Assembly: GCA_036679605.1 (NCBI GenBank)
Contig: JAZDCZ010000337.1
Location: forward strand, 1 to 13,939
Length of the DNA stretch: 13,939 nt
Source: Gemmatimonadota bacterium
Lineage (GTDB): Bacteria; Gemmatimonadota; Gemmatimonadetes; Gemmatimonadales; GWC2-71-9
Direction: 5' to 3'
This document shows positions 6,833 through 13,939 of this stretch, one piece after another. The position numbers and the translations under genes were made by a program. The notes under the pieces were generated by a model, which searched no databases, was not told where the DNA came from, and saw nothing but the letters and a program-made list of their open reading frames with translations. Each line of letters begins with the position of its first letter. Positions within the stretch are counted from its first letter, which is position 1.

Positions 6833-8503
6833 CTACCACACCCTGCCATCCTGCGAAATACGGATAGTGCGTCCGCCTGGGCCGGCCAGCGACGCCTCGA
6901 ACAATTCCGACGTAGCTTCCACTGTGGCACCCAACGGTAGTCCATCCACTTCTAGTTGCGACAGATCATCTGTGTAGCGCCCATGTCTGTTGAAATAGGT
7001 CCGCTCGGCGTAGTAGACTCTCCTGAGTGTCCATTTGATAGCATCACTTCCATCGGGCACGAACTCCGCTGGTTTCCCCGGTGGAACACTTGAGAATTGG
7101 ACGATCCCCCACATTTCGGGATAGTGCATGTTGATGATTCCCTGTGGCGACCATACCCAGTTGTCCTCGGGCCGAGTGCGACCCTCTGGATTGTCCGACA
7201 GCCTCACGTACTTGCCCGCTTCTACTTTGGTTCGCCACTCGACTCGCGAAAAGTTGACGCGCCATTGATCCCCCGCTTCGGGCGGGGCCTTCTTGTTTGC
7301 TGCCTGTTTGAGGACGTCCCACGGCAAGGCGATCTCGATGCTCCAACCGCTATCTTTGTCCGTTGGGTCGTTCAGTGTGCCATCGACCGACACGGCAGTA
7401 CGCAGACCCTGGATATCCCATGAGTTGAGCGCAGGCCCACCGTCACGATACGGCTTCACCAGAAAAAGATCCCACTCGGTACCGAGTGCGTTCACCTCCA
7501 GCTCGTAGTACTCGTGCGTATCGCCATCGGGATCTATAAAGATCTCGAAGTCGTTGTCGTGGTAGATCACTGCGTCGCGTTGTCTAAGAGTGGCCCACAC
7601 AGCAGGCTCCTCCATATCAGCCGCAACATAGAAAAACTTATCGTCCCACAGCATCTTGGTGCGTGTACGAAACCGGGGAACTCGTCCAGCAGGCCCTTCG
7701 ATGTCCAAGAAGTCCTCGGTCCAGGGAACCTTGCGCCACGACGACTCGGTGATTTTTCCGTCGATCACGATCGGTGCGTCGGACCGGTGCGCCACGTAAT
7801 GCCTGGGCCGCCAGGCGATGGCGGGCTCGGGGAAACCCTCGACGATCACCTTGGCAGTTTCTATACGATCCAGCTCTGGGAATTCCCTATCGAGATAGGC
7901 GTTTCCGCCGGCCTTGACCTGGCCCTGCTTGCCGCCACGCATCCCTCCACCGGCATTCTCGTCATAGCCCGAATAGAATCGGTCCACTATCTCCATTCCT
8001 TCTACCACTCGGCCGAACGGCGCAAACCCCCCGGCATCCAGCCGAGAGTTATCGTCGTAGTTGATGTAGACCTGCGTGAGGCGCGTATCGGGCCCGGTCA
8101 TGGCGTAACTGACGTACCCACGAGTGTTGCTCTGCAGGACGGGATCGTCCGGTATCGTTCTGCCCTCCCACGCCTTTGTGATCGCGGGGTCTCCCGACAA
8201 GCCGAACTGAGCGATGAAACCGGCTCGAACGCGGGATATGCGCATGTCATCGTAGAAACCGTTCCGAACGAGGTTGTAGAATCGATCGGCGCCGTGGGGC
8301 GCCCAGTCGCGATGCACCTCGACCACGAAGTTTCCCTTGCTCGTCTCGAAATCAGCTCGGAATACCGGTGGTGCAGCCTCAGACCACACCGGGGCATCCG
8401 GGTCCAGCAGGGCTGCCCTGTTGCTGCCTCTCTCGGCGTTGCAGCTCACGAACAGAGCTAGTAGCGACCCTGCACATGCGACCGAACGGAGATTTCGACT
8501 CAT
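6833..8503 (-). CDS. Lipoprotein fusing a cyclophilin-type peptidyl-prolyl isomerase domain to a CBM9-like carbohydrate-binding domain
   Basis: SD GAGGTG before ATG 8503; lipobox-like LFVSC. The N-terminal half has cyclophilin motifs (FETSKGNFVVEV, WAPHGADRFYNLV, RVRAGFIAQFG, PFGRVVEGME). The C-terminal half has CBM9-like motifs (PIVIDGKI.E..W, DNDFEIFIDPDGD, YYELEVNALGT, WRVNFSRVEW, NWVWSPQG). Confidence 0.88.
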   Translation of the reverse strand: MSRNLRSVACAGSLLALFVSCNAERGSNRAALLDPDAPVWSEAAPPVFRADFETSKGNFVVEVHRDWAPHGADRFYNLVRNGFYDDMRISRVRAGFIAQFGLSGDPAITKAWEGRTIPDDPVLQSNTRGYVSYAMTGPDTRLTQVYINYDDNSRLDAGGFAPFGRVVEGMEIVDRFYSGYDENAGGGMRGGKQGQVKAGGNAYLDREFPELDRIETAKVIVEGFPEPAIAWRPRHYVAHRSDAPIVIDGKITESSWRKVPWTEDFLDIEGPAGRVPRFRTRTKMLWDDKFFYVAADMEEPAVWATLRQRDAVIYHDNDFEIFIDPDGDTHEYYELEVNALGTEWDLFLVKPYRDGGPALNSWDIQGLRTAVSVDGTLNDPTDKDSGWSIEIALPWDVLKQAANKKAPPEAGDQWRVNFSRVEWRTKVEAGKYVRLSDNPEGRTRPEDNWVWSPQGIINMHYPEMWGIVQFSSVPPGKPAEFVPDGSDAIKWTLRRVYYAERTYFNRHGRYTDDLSQLEVDGLPLGATVEATSELFEASLAGPGGRTIRISQDGRVW

Positions 8504-8657
8504 CGATACACCTCACTCTTGGCCTTTCGACGGCTGCTCCCGCCTCCGCCGACTCGTCATTCCCCCGCGCAAAGATATGCGACGCCACCCTAGCGGTCTA
8601 CCGAACCGAGTTCATCTTATATGGTATGCGACCGCCACAATGCCCAGGGGTAATTAG

Positions 8658-9872
8658 ATGAATAAGATCCTGTCCCTATTTGCAGTACTTTGCCTTCTAC
8701 CCGTAACCGCCTTCTCCCAAACGAACCCGATCACGCTCGTCCCAGACCGGGTGCTCGACGGTAAGGGCGGAACCGCCGAGCACGTCAATATCGTCATCAG
8801 GGGATCACGCATAGCGAGCGTTGGGTCCGCCATAGAGGGTACTGTATACGATCTTTCCGGTCTCACCGTGCTTCCCGGTGGGATCGACACCCACAATCAC
8901 ATCGTCTGGCATTTCGACCCCGACGGCAAGACACATCACGCCTCGCGCGAAGAGGAGAGTTCGGCGCAGGCCACACTGTACGCCGTCGAGAACGCGTACA
9001 TCACACTGTTGTCCGGCATTACGACGATACAGAGCCTGGGGTCGCCACTCGATCGGGATCTACGCGATGGGATTGCGCGAGGATCCATACCGGGCCCGCG
9101 CGTGCTCACGTCTCTGGGGTCCATAACCCAACGGACAGGGAGTCCGGAGGAGATCCGGGCCAGGGTCAAGAGATTCGCCGGCGAGGGTGCCGACGTCATC
9201 AAGATCTTTGCGTCGGCAAGCATTCGAAACGGTGGTACGCCCACGTTAAGCCAGGAGCAGCTCGACGCCGCCTGCGGTGAGGCTCGCGCACAGGGACTTA
9301 GAACCGCTGTCCACGCCCACGGTCCGGAGAGCGCCCAACGCTCGGTGCTCGCCGGATGTACGGCGATCGAACATGGTGCTTTGCTCGACGACGAGACTCT
9401 CGATCTCATGGCCAGTCACGGAACTTACTTCGACCCGCACATATGGCTCGTATATAGCAATTACTTGGAGAACAAGGAACATTTTTTGGGAATCGGCAAC
9501 TATACCGAAGAGGGATTCGGTTATATGGAGCGGGCGCTCCCCAGTTCACTTGCCGTGTTCAAACATGCGCTCACGCGGGACATAAAGATCATCTTCGGCA
9601 CCGATGCAGTGGCCGGTGCACACGGCCGCAACTTCGAGGAATTGATCTACCGCGTGCGAAGCGGCGGTCAGGATCCCATGGATGCGATCGTGTCGGCTAG
9701 TTCCCTGGCAGCCAAGTATCTCAACATGGATGACCGGATTGGGGCCATCGCATCGGGAATGGAGGCAGACATTATCGCTGTCGAGGGTAACCCGGTAAAT
9801 GACATTACAGCATTGCGGCGCGTGGCGTTCGTAATGAAGGGCGGCAGAGTATACCTGGCGCCGCACAAGTAG
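8658..9872 (+). CDS. Secreted metal-dependent amidohydrolase (Xaa-Pro dipeptidase-like subgroup)
   Basis: Signal peptide MNKILSLFAVLCLLPVTAFS|Q. Motifs PGGIDTHNH, IKIFAS, HAHG, IEHG, FGTDA and ADIIAVEGNP..DI..L.RV.FVMKGG. Confidence 0.92.
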   Translation: MNKILSLFAVLCLLPVTAFSQTNPITLVPDRVLDGKGGTAEHVNIVIRGSRIASVGSAIEGTVYDLSGLTVLPGGIDTHNHIVWHFDPDGKTHHASREEESSAQATLYAVENAYITLLSGITTIQSLGSPLDRDLRDGIARGSIPGPRVLTSLGSITQRTGSPEEIRARVKRFAGEGADVIKIFASASIRNGGTPTLSQEQLDAACGEARAQGLRTAVHAHGPESAQRSVLAGCTAIEHGALLDDETLDLMASHGTYFDPHIWLVYSNYLENKEHFLGIGNYTEEGFGYMERALPSSLAVFKHALTRDIKIIFGTDAVAGAHGRNFEELIYRVRSGGQDPMDAIVSASSLAAKYLNMDDRIGAIASGMEADIIAVEGNPVNDITALRRVAFVMKGGRVYLAPHK

Positions 9873-9880
9873 GATAGACC

Positions 9881-10477
9881 ATGTCACACATCAGCAGAAG
9901 AGGCTTCCTGGAATCCATGGCCGCAGCTGTACCGATCGCGGCCGTTGCAGCCAACGGAACGGTCACTGTAGCCCCGGTCGGTCAAGCTCAGGGACCGCTC
10001 CCTCCCCAATCACTCGGTGCACTGGGACATGCCGTTCTTCCGAGCGAGTTGGGACATGACGGTGTTGAGCGCGGGATCGCGGCGTTCCAGCGCTGGCTCC
10101 GTGAGTACATCCCAAATGCGGAGCTGCTACACGGCTACGGAACAGGTACGATTGGCTACTCGGCGGAAGACCCCACACCTCGGTGGCAATCTCAATTGCA
10201 GGCGCTAGAAGAAATATCCAACCAACAGTTTGGAATCGCTCTAGTAGACCTACCGCGAGAGCAGTTGCGGCAACTGGTGACGACCGCAATCGAACACGAT
10301 CGCCTAGACCGACTGCCATCACCGTCACATGCGCGCCATGTAGCGGTAGCCCTCCTTGCTTTCTTCTACGGCACGTCGGAGGCCACTGACATTTGTTATC
10401 GCGCCACAATAGGAAAGAACGCTTGCAGACCGCTTGCCGAGTTGTCAAAACGACCGGACCCGATGCCCAATGGCTAG
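9881..10477 (+). CDS. Tat-exported small subunit of a flavoprotein dehydrogenase (gluconate 2-dehydrogenase subunit 3-like)
   Basis: Twin-arginine motif SRRGFL followed by a hydrophobic stretch. Its stop overlaps the start of a GMC gene that lacks a signal peptide. Family assignment rests mostly on context. Confidence 0.7.
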   Translation: MSHISRRGFLESMAAAVPIAAVAANGTVTVAPVGQAQGPLPPQSLGALGHAVLPSELGHDGVERGIAAFQRWLREYIPNAELLHGYGTGTIGYSAEDPTPRWQSQLQALEEISNQQFGIALVDLPREQLRQLVTTAIEHDRLDRLPSPSHARHVAVALLAFFYGTSEATDICYRATIGKNACRPLAELSKRPDPMPNG

Positions 10478-12062
10478 AGTCGTGGAGTCCGACATTTGCA
10501 TCATCGGCTCCGGTATCACCGCCGCCCTCATCGCAGAAACAATCACCGGTGAGCGCGATGCCAGGGTCGTCGTGGTGGAAGCCGGTGATGACAACCCACC
10601 GCTCCAACAGCGTTACGCAAAACGGGAACGTTATCTACGCTACGGTGAGAGCCCTTGGCCCAACGATCACATCGCAGGGCAGACATCTCACAACATCCAG
10701 TCCCGTTCCATGCAGGTCGGTGGACTGGCCATGCATTGGGGTGCTGTGACTCCCCGCTTCAGTCCAGAGGATTTCCGCATCAAGTCGCTGTATGGAGTGG
10801 GAGACGACTGGCCGCTCGACTATGAGGATCTGGATCCGTTTTACCAAGAGGCCGAGGAGAGAATGGGGGTCTCTGGCGAACAGGGCCCGGCCGACTTGGA
10901 CCCACGATCCAAGCCCTACCCGCTACCAGCGCTGCCACTGTCGTACAATCTCGAACTGCTCAAGACTTGGGGCGAAAACGCAAATATCCCCTCTTGGAGT
11001 CAGCCGTCGGCTAAGAATTCTGTACCGTACGCCGGTCGCTCGGTCTGCTGCCGCAACGACACGTGCTTTCCCATCTGTCCTGTGGGCGCCAAGTATTCAC
11101 CGGATTTCACGTGGAAGCGGCTGCGCGCAGAGCGAAAAGTGGAACTCATAACCAGGACCCTCGTACGCCAGCTCGTGCCGGGAGCAGGCACCGATCGCAT
11201 TGAGCGCGCCATTGCACTCGATCGTGACAGACCCGGCGAGTCCGTGGAATTCCATGCAAAAACATTTGTAGTTGCGGGAGGATACGCATGGACTCCGCAC
11301 CTGTTACTGCTATCGGCATCCAATAGATTTCCTAGCGGTATCGCCAACAGCTCCGGACTCGTGGGCAAGTACATGGCAGGCCATCGCAACCTCAATGCGT
11401 TCATACGGCTTCCTATGAAGCTCTATCCCGGCATGAACGCGCAGCACAGCCTGGTGTCCAAAAAGTTCATGCGACCCAGCGTGTTGGAAAAGTACGTTCG
11501 CCACGATTTCAGAATATGGGAGTCGACCTTCGGCAGCGAGCCGCGGCTCATCGATGACAGCGGTGTCATCATGCTTGGAGATGATGTTATGCGCGATTGG
11601 AGATCGCGCACCCAACGTGGCACCGCTCGGCTTCGTGCCTACTACGATGTGTTGCCGGCACGCGAGAGCAGTCTCACACTCGATTCCTCCAATCTGAACC
11701 GGTGGGGCGACCCGATGCCCCGAATAGACTTCCGCGACAGCGACGCTTCCCGCAGCCTGCGATCTCACACCGAGAGCAAGATCAGGAGCGTATTCACTGG
11801 GATGGCGAGCGCGGGCAACGGCAAGATCATGGCCGTGCGTACCACGGAATTTCAGGACCATCCGTCTGGAGGCTGCCGGATGGGAGACTCACCCGACAGT
11901 AGCGTGTGTGACAGCTTCGGGAGAACCCACGATCATGAGAATCTGTTCGTGGTCGGCGCGCCCACATGCGTTAGCGGAGGATGTGCCAACGGAACGCTCA
12001 CCTTCGTGGCGCTGGGGCTCAAGTCAGCGACTCAGATAGGCCGCGACTTTCCTGCAAAGTAG
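10470..12062 (+). CDS. GMC family FAD oxidoreductase (sugar dehydrogenase catalytic subunit) with a 3Fe-4S-type Cys motif
   Basis: Likely start ATG 10470 (ATGGCTAG overlaps the upstream stop). Motifs DICIIGSGITA, VGGLAMHW, CCRNDTCFPICP, ANSSGLVGKY, HPSGGCRMG, GRTHDHENLFVVG and NGTLT. Confidence 0.93.
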   Translation: MARVVESDICIIGSGITAALIAETITGERDARVVVVEAGDDNPPLQQRYAKRERYLRYGESPWPNDHIAGQTSHNIQSRSMQVGGLAMHWGAVTPRFSPEDFRIKSLYGVGDDWPLDYEDLDPFYQEAEERMGVSGEQGPADLDPRSKPYPLPALPLSYNLELLKTWGENANIPSWSQPSAKNSVPYAGRSVCCRNDTCFPICPVGAKYSPDFTWKRLRAERKVELITRTLVRQLVPGAGTDRIERAIALDRDRPGESVEFHAKTFVVAGGYAWTPHLLLLSASNRFPSGIANSSGLVGKYMAGHRNLNAFIRLPMKLYPGMNAQHSLVSKKFMRPSVLEKYVRHDFRIWESTFGSEPRLIDDSGVIMLGDDVMRDWRSRTQRGTARLRAYYDVLPARESSLTLDSSNLNRWGDPMPRIDFRDSDASRSLRSHTESKIRSVFTGMASAGNGKIMAVRTTEFQDHPSGGCRMGDSPDSSVCDSFGRTHDHENLFVVGAPTCVSGGCANGTLTFVALGLKSATQIGRDFPAK

Positions 12063-12071
12063 GGGTTGCCC

Positions 12072-13939
12072 GTGAACCACGACATCTGCCTAGGAAATAA
12101 CTCGATTACGCGACGCGACTTCATGGCGCGAGCTGCGGCCGCTGGAGGGGCTGTTGGACTGCTTCCCGTCATAGCCGCGTCCTGCCAACCGCATCGCAAA
12201 CAGCTGTTCGATGCCGGAGAATCCAATGTCCGAGTGGACGGCCGCATCATATCGATCGGAAACAATGCGATCGCGGCGAAGTGGTCTGTGTCCGAAGACA
12301 AGCTGCGGACGTTGGACGTGGTCGATCTCCTCACAAACAATACCATTTCACTGACACCCAACACCTTCGTGCTGAATCTGGCAGATGGAGCCACTATCAA
12401 TTCGTCCGCCATGCGGCTGGCGCGAGGTCCACGCGTGGAGCGGGTGACGGGGAACCCGTCCGCCTCACGGTACGCCGATCGCATGGACGGCCAGGTCGTA
12501 ACTCTCGAACTCGCAGACGACGACAGTGGAGTCGCCGTTACCTGGCGAGGCATTCTCAGAAACGGTGCTGCCTACATACGACAGGAACTCACACTCGCAG
12601 CGACAGGACGAGACGTACCGCTCAGCAACATCACGCTTGTGGACTCGGACATTCCCGAGGCCAATGTCGTGGGAACAGTGCGGGGATCACCGATTGTCGC
12701 CGGCAACATGTTTGTGGGATTCGAGCACCCCCTCTCCGAGAGCAGCGTGGAGAACGGACGGACGCGGTGCAGTTTGACTCGGGAATTGCCGCTCAGATCG
12801 GGTGCTGCTCTGACCTACTCGTCCGTTATCGGAGTCACTCCAGCCGGCCAGCTACGACGCGGCTTCCTCAACTACGTCGAGCGAGAGAGGGCCCATCCGT
12901 ATCGCCCATTCCTGCACTACAACTCGTGGTACGACCTCGGTTACTTCAGCCCGTTCGACGAGGCAGGCGCTCTCGCGGTGATCGAAGCCTACGGTACCGA
13001 ACTTCACGACAAGCGCGGGGTCGTGCTCGATTCCTTCTTGTTCGACGACGGATGGGACGATCATACCACGTTGTGGAAGTTCAACTCCGGATTCCCCAAC
13101 GGCTTCGCTCCGCTGCGCGACGCCACTGCCCGTTACGGGGCTGCACCTGGAGTATGGATGTCCCCGTGGGGTGGATACGGCGAACCCCGTCGCCAGCGAT
13201 TGGAGAATGGGCGCGCACAGGGCTTCGAGACCAACGAACGGGGCTTTGCCCTATCCGGCCCCAAGTACTACGAGCGCTTCGAAGAGACTTGCCTTGAGAT
13301 GATCCGGAACTATGGTGTGGGCCAGTTCAAGTTCGATGGCACTGGTAACGCTGCAAGCGCCATTCCCGGTAGTCAGTTCGACAGTGATTTCGACGCCGCG
13401 ATCCATCTGATCGAGAGACTTCGCAGCGAAAAGCAGGATCTCTACATCAACCTCACTACCGGCACCTACCCTTCGCCATTCTGGCTCAAGTATGCCGACT
13501 CCACCTGGCGCGGCGGAAACGATCACAATTTCACTGGAGTCGGATCGGACAGGCAACAGTGGATCACGTACCGTGATGCGGCAACCTATCGTGGTGTCGT
13601 GCAACGCGGTCCGCTTTACCCGTTGAACGCTCTCATGTTGCACGGACTCATCTACGCCAAGCATGCGAGGAAACTGGACACCGATCCGGAAAACGACTTC
13701 GACGACGAAATCCGCGCATACTTTGGCAGCGGCACCCAACTCCAGGAGATGTATGTTACGCCGTCTCTCTTGACGCAGGACAATTGGGATACATTGGCCG
13801 AGTCGGCCAACTGGGCGCGACGCAACGCCGACATCTTGGTCGACACCCACTGGGTGGGCGGTGACCCGGAAGAGCTGGAGGTGTACGGCAGAGCCTCGTG
13901 GAACGATGATGCAGGCATCCTCGTTCTACGGAATCCCAA
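12072..13939 (+). CDS. Tat-exported clan GH-D (GH36/GH27-like) glycosidase-like protein of the family often annotated 'enterotoxin' (Aeromonas Ast-like); runs off the right edge
   Basis: Not in the ORF track because it has no stop in the window. Manual translation from GTG 12072 is open to the end: MNHDICLGNNSITRRDFMARAAAAGGAVGLLPVIAASC..., with FLHYNSWYDLG, FLFDDGWDD, FPNGF, GVWMSPWGGY, QFKFDG and DSTWRGG. Confidence 0.8.
   Translation, partial: MNHDICLGNNSITRRDFMARAAAAGGAVGLLPVIAASCQPHRKQLFDAGESNVRVDGRIISIGNNAIAAKWSVSEDKLRTLDVVDLLTNNTISLTPNTFVLNLADGATINSSAMRLARGPRVERVTGNPSASRYADRMDGQVVTLELADDDSGVAVTWRGILRNGAAYIRQELTLAATGRDVPLSNITLVDSDIPEANVVGTVRGSPIVAGNMFVGFEHPLSESSVENGRTRCSLTRELPLRSGAALTYSSVIGVTPAGQLRRGFLNYVERERAHPYRPFLHYNSWYDLGYFSPFDEAGALAVIEAYGTELHDKRGVVLDSFLFDDGWDDHTTLWKFNSGFPNGFAPLRDATARYGAAPGVWMSPWGGYGEPRRQRLENGRAQGFETNERGFALSGPKYYERFEETCLEMIRNYGVGQFKFDGTGNAASAIPGSQFDSDFDAAIHLIERLRSEKQDLYINLTTGTYPSPFWLKYADSTWRGGNDHNFTGVGSDRQQWITYRDAATYRGVVQRGPLYPLNALMLHGLIYAKHARKLDTDPENDFDDEIRAYFGSGTQLQEMYVTPSLLTQDNWDTLAESANWARRNADILVDTHWVGGDPEELEVYGRASWNDDAGILVLRNP

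Noticed and set aside
5153..8461. Long plus-strand ORFs (5153-5779, 6218-6940, 7514-8461)
   Set aside because: Antisense shadows of well-supported GH38 and cyclophilin-CBM9 genes, expected in GC-rich DNA.
12281..13297. 338-aa Arg-rich plus-strand ORF
   Set aside because: An alternative frame overlapping the motif-bearing gene that starts at 12072, with a composition typical of off-frame translation.

Overview
GC-rich bacterial window, probably from a Gemmatimonadota-like organism (inferred only from the kinase-like N-terminal peptides). The left ~2.1 kb is a cassette-like array. Three ungapped copies of a 71-bp repeat (437-507, 925-995, 1981-2051) each precede an unrelated minus-strand gene: a DUF2306-like membrane protein, a damaged RidA gene and a signal-peptide-bearing FAH-family hydrolase. 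On the minus strand each repeat reads as a putative sigma70 promoter followed directly by a leaderless ATG and MTEITS(R/D)LSTAL, resembling the start of Hanks-type Ser/Thr kinase genes. In copy 1 a frameshifted relic of the kinase Gly-rich loop supplies the start of the DUF2306 gene. Next come an NTF2/SnoaL-like lipoprotein, a small membrane protein and a SAM methyltransferase. The rest is a divergent carbohydrate-related cluster: GH38 alpha-mannosidase and a cyclophilin + CBM9-like fusion lipoprotein on the minus strand; an amidohydrolase, a Tat-exported dehydrogenase small subunit, a GMC flavoprotein with a 3Fe-4S motif and a Tat-exported clan GH-D-like ('enterotoxin'/Ast-like) protein on the plus strand. 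No RNA genes, CRISPR array, integrase or transposase were recognised.
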